32,000 nucleotides of DNA, from contig CAWDOH010000017.1 in assembly GCA_963803725.1 (NCBI GenBank), positions 214,722 through 246,721 on the forward strand, given 5' to 3'. This stretch comes from Bryobacterales bacterium (GTDB lineage Bacteria; Acidobacteriota; Terriglobia; Bryobacterales; Bryobacteraceae). Numbering within the stretch: position 1 is the first letter of the stretch; each line of letters begins with the position of its first letter. Positions 19,434 to 26,978 of the stretch are shown here, one piece after another. A model generated the notes under the pieces. The model worked only from the letters and a program-made list of their open reading frames with translations, had not been told where the DNA came from and made no database searches. Made by a program: the position numbers and the translations under genes.

Positions 19434-20324
19434 CCATCTCCGGCTCTCCCGCCTTTCTCCGCGCTTCCTCCGCCCCCTCGGCGTCTCTGCGGTGAATCCC
19501 ACTCCCCCCACTCCTCCGCCTCTCCGCATCTCCCCGCCGAACCCGCCCGCGCCCTCGCGCCTCAAAGCCCCCTCTTGCCTTTCTCCGCGTTTCCTCCGCT
19601 CCCTCCGCACCTCTCCGGAAACTCCGCTTCCTCTACGATCTTTCCTGACCTTGGGTCTTCTCCGCGATTCCTCCGCGTCTCCGCGTCTCCGCGTCGAATG
19701 GGACCCGCCGCTGGCCTGTCGGGAATTTCCTCGCCGCAAGAACACCGACAGGTCCGCGGTGAATCCCACTCCCCCCACTCCTCCGCCTCTCCGCATCTCC
19801 GCGCCGAACCCGCCCGCGCCCTCGCGCCTCAAAGCCCCCTCTTGCCTTTCTCCGCGTTTCCTCCGCTCCCTCCGCACCTCTCCGGAAACTCCGCTTCCTC
19901 TACGATCTTTCCTCACCTCGGGTCTTCTCCGCGATTCCTCCGCGTCTCCGTGTCTCCGCGTCGAATGGGCCCGGCCGCTGGCCTGTCGGGAATTTCCTCG
20001 CCGCAAGAACACCGACAGGTCCGCGGTGAATCCCACTCCCCCCACTCCTCCGCCTCTCCGCATCTCCGCGCCGAACCCGCCCACGCCCTCGCGCCTCAAA
20101 GCCCCCTCTTGCCTTTCTCCGCGTTTCCTCCGCCCCCTCCGCACCTCTCCGGAAACTCCGCTTCCTCTACGATCTTTCCTCACCTTGGGTCTTCTCCGCG
20201 ATTCCTCCGCGTCTCCGTGTCTCCGCGTCGAATGGGCCCGGCCGCTGGCCTGTCGGGAGTTGCCTCGCCCCGAGAACATCGACATAAATCGATGCCTGTG
20301 CTCCGCGGTGAATCCGAGGCCCTC
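19434..20324 (+). repeat. tandem array of three ~267-bp C/T-rich repeats plus partial copies
   Basis: The phase marker GCGGTGAAT occurs at 19489, 19756, 20023 and 20305, giving periods of 267, 267 and 282 bp. Units 1 and 2 are nearly identical, and unit 3 diverges at its 3' end. Each unit contains the hairpin CCTGTCGG…CCGACAGG (for example 19715-19722 with 19745-19752). The array fills the whole gap between the PIN stop and the hpnA ATG. Confidence 0.9.
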
Positions 20325-21308
20325 ATGAAACCCGCCCTGGTCACCGGCGCCTCCGGCTTCCTCGGCTGGCACGTCGCCCGCGTGCTCCTCGAACGCGGCC
20401 ACTCCGTGCGCGCCCTCGTCCGCCCCGGCAGCCGCGTCACCGATCTCGATGTAGAAACCGTCACCGGCGACCTCCGCGACCGCGCCTCCCTCGACCGCGC
20501 CGTCCAGGGCTGCGAACTGCTCTTCCACGTCGCCGCCGATTACCGCCTGTGGGCCCGCCATCCCGAGGAACTCTACCGCTCCAACGTAGACGGCACCCGT
20601 AACCTGTTCGAAGCCGCCCGCGCCGCCGGCATCCAGCGCGCCGTCTACACCAGCACCGTCGGATGCATCGGCATTCCCCCCGGCGGCATCGGCGACGAAG
20701 ACACCCCCGTGTCCCTCGCAGACATGGCCGGCCCCTACAAACGCTCCAAGTTCCAGGCCGAACAAGTGGCCCTGCAATTTGCCCGCGACGGCTTCCCCGT
20801 GGTCATCGTCAACCCCACCGCGCCCATCGGCGACCACGACGTGAAGCCCACCCCCACCGGCAAAATCGTGGCCGACTTCCTGGCCGGCGCCATGCCCGCA
20901 TTCATCGACACCGGCCTCAACGTAGTGGATGCCCGCGACACCGCCGAAGGCCACTGGCTCGCCTGCCAGCACGGCCGCGTGGGCCAGCGCTACATCCTCG
21001 GATCGGAAAACCTCACCCTGGCGGAAATCCTGCGCAAGCTCGCCCGCATCACCGGCCGTAAAGCCCCCACCGTGCGCCTGCCCTACGCGGTTGCCTGGTG
21101 CGCCGGAGCCTGCTCCACCGCTTGGGCGCAAATCACCGGCATCGCCCCGCGCGTCCCCCTGGACGCCGTCCGCATGGCGCGCAAGAAAATGTGGGTGAGT
21201 CACGAAAAAGCCGCCCGCGATCTCGGCTTCCATCCCGGCCCTGCCGATGTCGCCCTCGCCCGCGCCGTCGCCTGGTTCGAGCGCCGCGCCCAGGCGCCCG
21301 CCGCGTAG
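20325..21308 (+). CDS. hpnA: hopanoid-associated NAD-dependent sugar epimerase/dehydratase HpnA
   Basis: ATG at 20325 gives MKPALVTGASGFLGWHVARVLLERGHSVRALVR, the GxxGxxG Rossmann motif. The catalytic YxxxK context is present (PYKRSKFQAE). The gene sits in hopanoid-cluster context. The part of ORF 19575..21308 upstream of this ATG is translated repeat sequence. Confidence 0.75.
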   Translation: MKPALVTGASGFLGWHVARVLLERGHSVRALVRPGSRVTDLDVETVTGDLRDRASLDRAVQGCELLFHVAADYRLWARHPEELYRSNVDGTRNLFEAARAAGIQRAVYTSTVGCIGIPPGGIGDEDTPVSLADMAGPYKRSKFQAEQVALQFARDGFPVVIVNPTAPIGDHDVKPTPTGKIVADFLAGAMPAFIDTGLNVVDARDTAEGHWLACQHGRVGQRYILGSENLTLAEILRKLARITGRKAPTVRLPYAVAWCAGACSTAWAQITGIAPRVPLDAVRMARKKMWVSHEKAARDLGFHPGPADVALARAVAWFERRAQAPAA

Positions 21309-21320
21309 GACTCGAAGCCC

Positions 21321-22013
21321 ATGCGCATCCTCCTGGTGGCCGCCGATCCCCGCGAGTTCTCAGGCATGCTTTCGCTCGCCTCCGACCACGGCCCCGTCCC
21401 CCTGGGCATCGATTGGGGCCGCTGCGCCCGCCTCGGCGACCACGATGCCCTGCTCATCGCCAACGGCGCCGGACGCGCCCGTGCCGGCGCCGCCGTCGAC
21501 GCATCCGACGAGTTCGGCCCCGATGCCGTGGTCAGCACCGGCTTCTGCGGCGCCCTCGACGAACGCCTGGATGTCGCCGATGTGGTGCTGGCAACCTCCA
21601 TTGACGATGGGCAGCGGCGCTTTTCCGCACTGCCCGCCGAAGGACCGGGTGAAACCTTTACCGGTCCCATCCGATCTATTGAACGAGTAGTATTGAGCGC
21701 AGAGGAGAAGTGTTTACTGCGGAATTCGGGTGCCTGCGCCGTGGAAATGGAGGCCGCCGGAGTGGCCGCCCGCGCGCTGGAACTGGGGTTGCCCTTTTAT
21801 TGTGTGCGTGCGGTAACTGATTTAGCGGAGGAATCGCTGGCAAATGATTTTAATCGGGCCCTCCGTCCGGACGGTCATTTCGATACAATGAGTATTCTAT
21901 TGGGGGCCTTGCGTGATCCGGCCGTCCGCCTGCCGGAGTTGCTTCGCCTACGGAAGCGATCGATCCAGGCGGCACGCGCACTGGGGGAGTTTTTTGCCAA
22001 TTGCCGATTGTGA
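21321..22013 (+). CDS. hpnG: hopanoid-associated nucleosidase/phosphorylase HpnG (PNP_UDP family)
   Basis: The 230-aa product has the PNP/MTA-nucleosidase-like pattern (VVSTGFCGAL, AVEMEAAGVA, VRAVTDLA). It lies immediately after hpnA in a hopanoid locus. Confidence 0.7.
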   Translation: MRILLVAADPREFSGMLSLASDHGPVPLGIDWGRCARLGDHDALLIANGAGRARAGAAVDASDEFGPDAVVSTGFCGALDERLDVADVVLATSIDDGQRRFSALPAEGPGETFTGPIRSIERVVLSAEEKCLLRNSGACAVEMEAAGVAARALELGLPFYCVRAVTDLAEESLANDFNRALRPDGHFDTMSILLGALRDPAVRLPELLRLRKRSIQAARALGEFFANCRL

Positions 22014-22035
22014 CCTGAGCGATATTCCCGAAACC

Positions 22036-23091
22036 ATGCACGCGGCGGTCTATCGCGGCCAGAGTGTCGTCAGCGTCGAAGAGATTCCTACGCCCGCCAT
22101 CGGCCCCGGCGAAATCCTGATTCGCGTGGAGGCTTGCGGAATTTGCCACACCGATCTGAAGAAAATCGAACATAACTTATTGGCCCCTCCGCGCGTTTAT
22201 GGCCATGAAACTGCCGGCGTGGTCGCGGCCGCCGGCCCCGGCGTCGAAAAGTTCCAGCCCGGCGATCGCGTCGTCGCCTTTCACCACATCCCCTGCCTCG
22301 AATGCTTCTACTGCCGCCGTAAGATCTACGCCCAGTGCCCGGTCTACAAACGCGTGGGAATCACCGCGGGCTTCGAGCCCGCTGGCGGCGGCTTTGCCCA
22401 GTACGTGCGCGTCATGGACTGGATTGTGGCTCGCGGCGTGGAGCGCATCCCCGCCGGCATCTCCTTCGAGCGCGCCACTTTGGTGGAACCCCTGAACACC
22501 TGCCTCAAAGCCGTGGTGCAGTGCGATCCGCAGCCCGAAGATACCGTGCTCGTCATGGGCCAGGGACCTATCGGCCTCATGTTCACCATGCTCGTCGCCC
22601 GCACCGGCGCGCGCGTGGCCGCAACCGATACCATCGCCGAGCGGCGGACCCTTTCCTCCCGCTGCGGCGCCGCCTTCACCTGGGATCCGCGCACTGCCGA
22701 CATCCCCGCCGAATTGCGCCGTCTCACCGGCGGGCGCGGCGCCGACCTGGTGATTGTAGCCGTTTCCACACCCGGCATCGTGCAGCAGGCCATTGCCGGC
22801 TCCCGCCCCGGCGCCCGCATCCTGCTGTTTGCCCAAACCGCCGCCACCGAGCGGATCGAGGCCTCCGGCGCCGAGATTTGCGCCGGTGAACGAACCCTGT
22901 TTGGATGTTATAGTGCTTCGGTGGACTTGCAAAAGGAGTCCGCAAATCTGGTTTTTAACGGCGAACTGCCCGTGGAGGAGCTGATTTCCCATTGTTTGCC
23001 GTTGGTTAAAATCCGTTCAGGAATGGATTTGGCATTGCATCCGGGACCTAAATCGTTGAAAATAATCGTTCAGCCACAGAGGTGGTCATAG
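22036..23091 (+). CDS. zinc-dependent medium-chain dehydrogenase/reductase (alcohol/polyol dehydrogenase family), copy 1
   Basis: Catalytic Zn motifs are ACGICHTDL and YGHETAGVV. The structural Zn cluster is CLECFYCRRKIYAQC. The nucleotide-binding motif is VMGQGPIGL. Confidence 0.8.
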   Translation: MHAAVYRGQSVVSVEEIPTPAIGPGEILIRVEACGICHTDLKKIEHNLLAPPRVYGHETAGVVAAAGPGVEKFQPGDRVVAFHHIPCLECFYCRRKIYAQCPVYKRVGITAGFEPAGGGFAQYVRVMDWIVARGVERIPAGISFERATLVEPLNTCLKAVVQCDPQPEDTVLVMGQGPIGLMFTMLVARTGARVAATDTIAERRTLSSRCGAAFTWDPRTADIPAELRRLTGGRGADLVIVAVSTPGIVQQAIAGSRPGARILLFAQTAATERIEASGAEICAGERTLFGCYSASVDLQKESANLVFNGELPVEELISHCLPLVKIRSGMDLALHPGPKSLKIIVQPQRWS

Positions 23092-23102
23092 TGAAGAGCC
23101 AC

Positions 23103-24131
23103 ATGATGGCTGCTGTGCTTTACGGCAAGGAACACTTGCAGGTTGAGCCGGTGGCCATTCCCACAATTCAAAGCGGAGACATTCTCGTACGAGTGAAAGT
23201 GGCGCTGACCTGCGGAACCGATGTCAAGGTTTTTCGCCGTGGTTATCATGCTCGAATGATCGTCCCGCCCGCTGTTTTCGGGCACGAACTGGCCGGCGAC
23301 GTGGTCGCCGTAGGCGAGGATGTCACCAGGTTCTTGGTCGGGCAACGCGTCGTGGCGGCCAATTCGGCGCCCTGCGAGCAATGCTATTTTTGCCGTCGCG
23401 GTTTGCAGAATCTCTGCGACGACCTGCTGTTTAACAACGGCGCCTACGCCGAGTATATTCGCATCCCCGCCCGCATCGTGGAACGGAACACCTACCTGCT
23501 TCCCGCGCACGTGGATTATCAGGATGCCGCCCTGGTCGAGCCTTTGGCGTGCGTCGTGCGCGGCCTCGAGGAAACCAATCCCCAGCCCGGCGATACCATG
23601 GCCATCATCGGCCTCGGCCCCATCGGCCTCATGTTCGTGAAGCTGGCCAAGCTCTACGGCTGCCGCGTCATCGCCGTGGGCCGCCGCAAAACCCAGTTGG
23701 ATCGCGCCGCCCTCCTGGGCGCCGACGAGCTGGTCGTCGGCAGCGATGAAGCCAACCCCGTCCGCACCATCCGCGACCTCACCCACGGACTCGGCGTGGA
23801 TGTGGCCATCGAAGCCGTCGGCCAGCCGCTTACCTGGGAGTGGGCCGTCGGCATGGTCCGCCGCGGCGGCACCGTCAATTTCTTCGGCGGCTGCCCCAAC
23901 CACAGCACCGTCAATCTCGATACCGCCCTGCTGCACTACTCCGAAATCACCTGCAAAGCCAGCTTCCATCACACCCCGGCGTACATCCGGAAGGCGCTGG
24001 ATCTGATTTATCAGGGGCACATCGCGGCTTCGTTCTTCGTCAACAATCAGGAGCCTCTGGCCAACCTGCTGGAAGTGATGCGCCACCTGATGAGCCACAA
24101 CGGCCATTTGAAAACGGCCATCGTTCCGTAA
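23103..24131 (+). CDS. zinc-dependent medium-chain dehydrogenase/reductase, copy 2
   Basis: Motifs are LTCGTDVKV, FGHELAGDVV, CEQCYFCRRGLQNLC and IIGLGPIGL. The start is uncertain: ATG at 23103/23106, or GTG at 23082/23091 overlapping the upstream stop. The stop TAA directly abuts the hpnC ATG. Confidence 0.78.
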   Translation: MMAAVLYGKEHLQVEPVAIPTIQSGDILVRVKVALTCGTDVKVFRRGYHARMIVPPAVFGHELAGDVVAVGEDVTRFLVGQRVVAANSAPCEQCYFCRRGLQNLCDDLLFNNGAYAEYIRIPARIVERNTYLLPAHVDYQDAALVEPLACVVRGLEETNPQPGDTMAIIGLGPIGLMFVKLAKLYGCRVIAVGRRKTQLDRAALLGADELVVGSDEANPVRTIRDLTHGLGVDVAIEAVGQPLTWEWAVGMVRRGGTVNFFGGCPNHSTVNLDTALLHYSEITCKASFHHTPAYIRKALDLIYQGHIAASFFVNNQEPLANLLEVMRHLMSHNGHLKTAIVP

Positions 24132-25072
24132 ATGACGGGTCCGGGCGAATCCGCGTTTCTCCCGCCGGCCGAATTCGTGAGGTCGCCAGCGGCTCTTCAG
24201 AAGACTTACACCGCCGAAGAAGCGCGCCGCTACACCCGCTGGCTGGCCACCCACCACTACGAAAATTTCCACGTCGTCAGCTTCCTGCTCCCGCAGCGCC
24301 TCCATCAGGATTTCTACAACGTCTACGCCTATTGCCGCTGGGCCGACGACCTCGGCGATGAAATCGGCGATCGCGCCGAAAGCCTCCGCCTGCTCGCCTG
24401 GTGGCGCACCCAACTTGACGCCATGTACGCCGGCCGCGCCGCTCACCCCGTCTTTGTCGCCCTCGCCGGCACCGCGCGCCAATTCGCCATCCCCCGCGAG
24501 CCGTTCGCTGACCTGATCTCCGCCTTCATCCAGGATCAGACGGTCGGCCGCTACCAGCGATTGGCCCGACCTGTTCGGCTACTGCCGCAACTCCGCCAAC
24601 CCCGTCGGACGTCTGGTGCTCTACCTCTGCGGCTACTCCGATGCCGCCCGCCAGCGCCTTTCCGACGCCACCTGCACCGCCCTGCAACTGGCCAATTTCT
24701 GGCAGGATGTCACCGTCGACTGGCGCAAGGATCGCGTCTACATGCCCCTCGACGTCCTGGAGCGCCACGGCTCCAGCGTCGACGATTTGTCCGCTCCGCC
24801 GCTTCACTCCAGCCTTCCGCGATGCCATGCGCGAGATGCGTTGGCAAGGCCCGCGAACTTTTCCTCGAAGGCCTGCCGCTGGTAGGCATGGTCGACCGAC
24901 GCCTGGCGCTTGGACCTCGATCTGTTCAGCCGCGGCGGCCTGCGCGTGCTCGAAAAAATCGAGGCGGCAGGGTTACGACGTGCTCTCCGCGCGGCCGGCC
25001 ATTTCCAAGGCCGAGCGCGTGGGCCTGCTGCTGGCCTCGCTCGCCCGCACGGCGTTTGCACGGTCGGCATGA
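24132..25072 (+). pseudogene. hpnC: HpnC-type squalene synthase-family gene, disrupted by five +1 frameshifts as given
   Basis: HpnC-like segments appear in successive frames:
- frame of 24132: …HYENFHVVSFLLP…YAYCRWADDLGDE…FIQDQTVGRYQ
- then DWPDLFGYCRNSANPVGRLVLYLCGY…LQLANFWQDV…
- then RRFTPAFRDAMREM
- then VGKARELFLEGLPLVGMVDRRLAL
- then DLDLFSRGGLRVLEKIEAAG
- then YDVLSARPAISKAERVGLLL…
The frame switches lie near 24558, 24796, 24839, 24912 and 24973. Confidence 0.75.
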
Positions 25073-25945
25073 TGCACGAGATCGATCAATCCTACTCGTA
25101 CTGCCGAAGCGCGTGGCGCGCACGCGGCGCCAAAAACTTCTACTACTCCTTCCTCCTGCTCTCCGCCCAGCAGCGCAAGGCCATGTGCGCCATCTACGCC
25201 TTCATGCGCTATGCGACGACCTGAGCGATGAACCCGGCGCCATCGCGCGCCGCCATCGAAGCTGGCGCAATCAACTGGAAGCCGCCCTCGACGGCCACTT
25301 CAGCGGCCACCCCGTCTGGCCCGCCTTCCACCACACCGTGCGCCGCTTCGGCATTCCCCACCAGTACTTCCGCGAAATGATCGATGGCGTGGTCTCCGAC
25401 CTGGAGCCGCGCCGCTTCGAAACCTTCGACGAGCTATACCGCTACTGCTACCAGGTCGCCTCAGTCGTCGGCCTCACCACCATCCACATCTTCGGATTCG
25501 ATACCCCCAGCGCTCTGCCGCTGGCCGAAAAATGCGGCGTGGCCTTCCAGCTCACCAACATCCTGCGCGACATCCGCGAAGACGCCGGCCGCGGCCGCAT
25601 CTACCTGCCCGCCGAAGACCTGCGCCGCTTCGGTGTCACCGAAGACGACCTCCGCGCCGGCCGCCGCACCGGCGGTTTCGTCGAGACTGATGCGCTTCGA
25701 AGCCGCCCGCGCGCGCGCCTATTACGACGAGTCCGCGCCCCTGCTGGATCTCATCCACCCCCGCAGCCGCCCCTCGCTGCTCGGCGCTGATTTCGATCTA
25801 CTCCCGCCTGCTCGAGCGCATCGAGCAAGCCAACTACGACGTCTTCACCCGCCGCGTGCGCCTCTCCGCATTCGAAAAATCCTGGATCCTCGTCCGCGCC
25901 GCGGTAGGGCAAGCTTTAGCAGGGCCGCCGGCGGGGCCGGTTTGA
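25069..25945 (+). pseudogene. hpnD: HpnD-type presqualene diphosphate synthase-family gene, disrupted by three frameshifts as given
   Basis: The ATGA overlaps the reconstructed hpnC stop. The segments are MMHEIDQSYSYCRS…NFYYSFLLLSAQQRKAMCAIYAFMRY | CDDLSDEPG…YRYCYQVASVVGL…FQLTNILRDIREDAGRGRIYLP… | LMRFEAARARAYYDES… | LISIYSRLLERIEQANYDVFTRRVRLS…. The switches lie near 25212 (-1), 25686 (+1) and 25786 (+1). Confidence 0.75.
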
Positions 25946-26281
25946 ACGAAAGTGTGACCCGCCGCCGGCCCCGCGCCAACCAACTCGGCTATAAACCTGA
26001 GCCACAAACGGCCGCGTGAGGAGCCGCTAACTGATTGAGCGGCAATGGGGTCACAGATGAACTTGCCCGGCTTCGATTTCCTCACAGCTTTCGAGGAACT
26101 CCCCCCGGAAGTCGCTGATAACAATCGATTGGCGGGAAATCAAGAAAGAGCCAATTTGCACTGCATACAACGCGGAGTCCCTCTCCCATTAGGTCCCCGC
26201 GCCCAGCGGGCGCTTCTGAGGGACCGTCGTCAATTTCGTGGCTGCGACACGGCACCAGGCCCTCCGCCCGTCGGCGGTCGC

Positions 26282-26380
26282 CCCCAATAAAAACAACCAG
26301 CCGTCCACGAACATCTGCACCAGGTCGATCAGGTAATCGTGACGGCGGATGTGCGCCAGTTCGTGCAGCAGCAGGGCTTC
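26282..26380 (-). pseudogene. remnant of an M56 (BlaR1-like) peptidase gene
   Basis: Only the zinc-site block EALLLHELAHIRRHDYLIDLVQMFVDGWLF is recognisable within ORF 26189..26533. The transmembrane N-terminus and the downstream domain are absent. Confidence 0.45.
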
Positions 26381-26507
26381 ACCGCGGCAAACGGACTGGG
26401 GCCCCCATTCGCCATTCGCCTCGCACTCGCATCGCTTAAGATTGGCTAACACAAAAGGCTCCTGTTCCGTCTTATCGGCTGGTGTAGACCCGTAGAGGAG
26501 GGGAGAG

Positions 26508-26972
26508 ATGAAGCCAATTGAGCGTTCTGCCACAGCAATTCTCGCGATTACGGTGTGTCTTGGAATCGCTCACGCCAGCGGACCAATAGCCGTATACGCG
26601 CTCGTGGACAAGGTGGTATTCGAACCCGGCGCGGACAAGCCGGAACGTATCCGAATCTCGGGTGTCTTCATTACCGCCGTGGACGGATCGTCGGACGTGT
26701 ATTCGCCGCCCCAGCGCGGATACCTCTACTTCACGTTGCCGAAAGGCAATGAGCAACTCGCGCGGAGGGAGTGGGCCGACCTGAAGTCCATCGCCGGTTC
26801 GCGCCAGGTAGTGGGACTCGGCTCCATTTGGTTCGGCAAGGCGCAGACGCGGGTCAGGAAATCGGATGAGGAGGCCAAGTCTCCAGACGACTATCCGATG
26901 GGAAATGGCTTGGTCAAAGTAAACCCGGACCAGCCCAGGGCCAAGGCGCTGCTGGATTACAAAGATCGCTGA
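26508..26972 (+). CDS. secreted hypothetical protein (154 aa)
   Basis: GAGGAGGGGAG lies directly upstream of the ATG. The signal peptide is MKPIERSATAILAITVCLGIAHA|SG. No family was recognised. Confidence 0.6.
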   Translation: MKPIERSATAILAITVCLGIAHASGPIAVYALVDKVVFEPGADKPERIRISGVFITAVDGSSDVYSPPQRGYLYFTLPKGNEQLARREWADLKSIAGSRQVVGLGSIWFGKAQTRVRKSDEEAKSPDDYPMGNGLVKVNPDQPRAKALLDYKDR

Positions 26973-26978
26973 ACTGCC

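Noticed and set aside
19434-20324. Possible CRISPR array
   Set aside because: The period is about 267 bp with no short conserved repeat alternating with unique spacers. Successive units are near-identical along their whole length, and no cas genes are present.
19233-21233. 666-aa - strand ORF, and the + strand ORFs 19303..20328 and 19575..21308 running through the repeat array
   Set aside because: Their translations over 19434-20324 are periodic low-complexity strings that simply mirror the 267-bp DNA repeat. The - strand ORF beyond that point is antisense to hpnA. The real hpnA begins at ATG 20325 with a canonical GxxGxxG N-terminus.
24132-25790. Single 552-aa ORF in the six-frame track spanning the hpnC/hpnD region
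   Set aside because: Only its first ~142 aa and an internal block (CDDLSDEPG…GGFVE) are HpnC- or HpnD-like. The rest is Arg/Pro-rich out-of-frame read-through that stays open because of high GC. The real coding signal hops between all three frames.
26045-26290. 81-aa + strand ORF after hpnD
   Set aside because: It has no ribosome-binding site and no recognisable motif. It lies antisense to the tail of the M56 remnant ORF, so it is most likely non-coding spacer.
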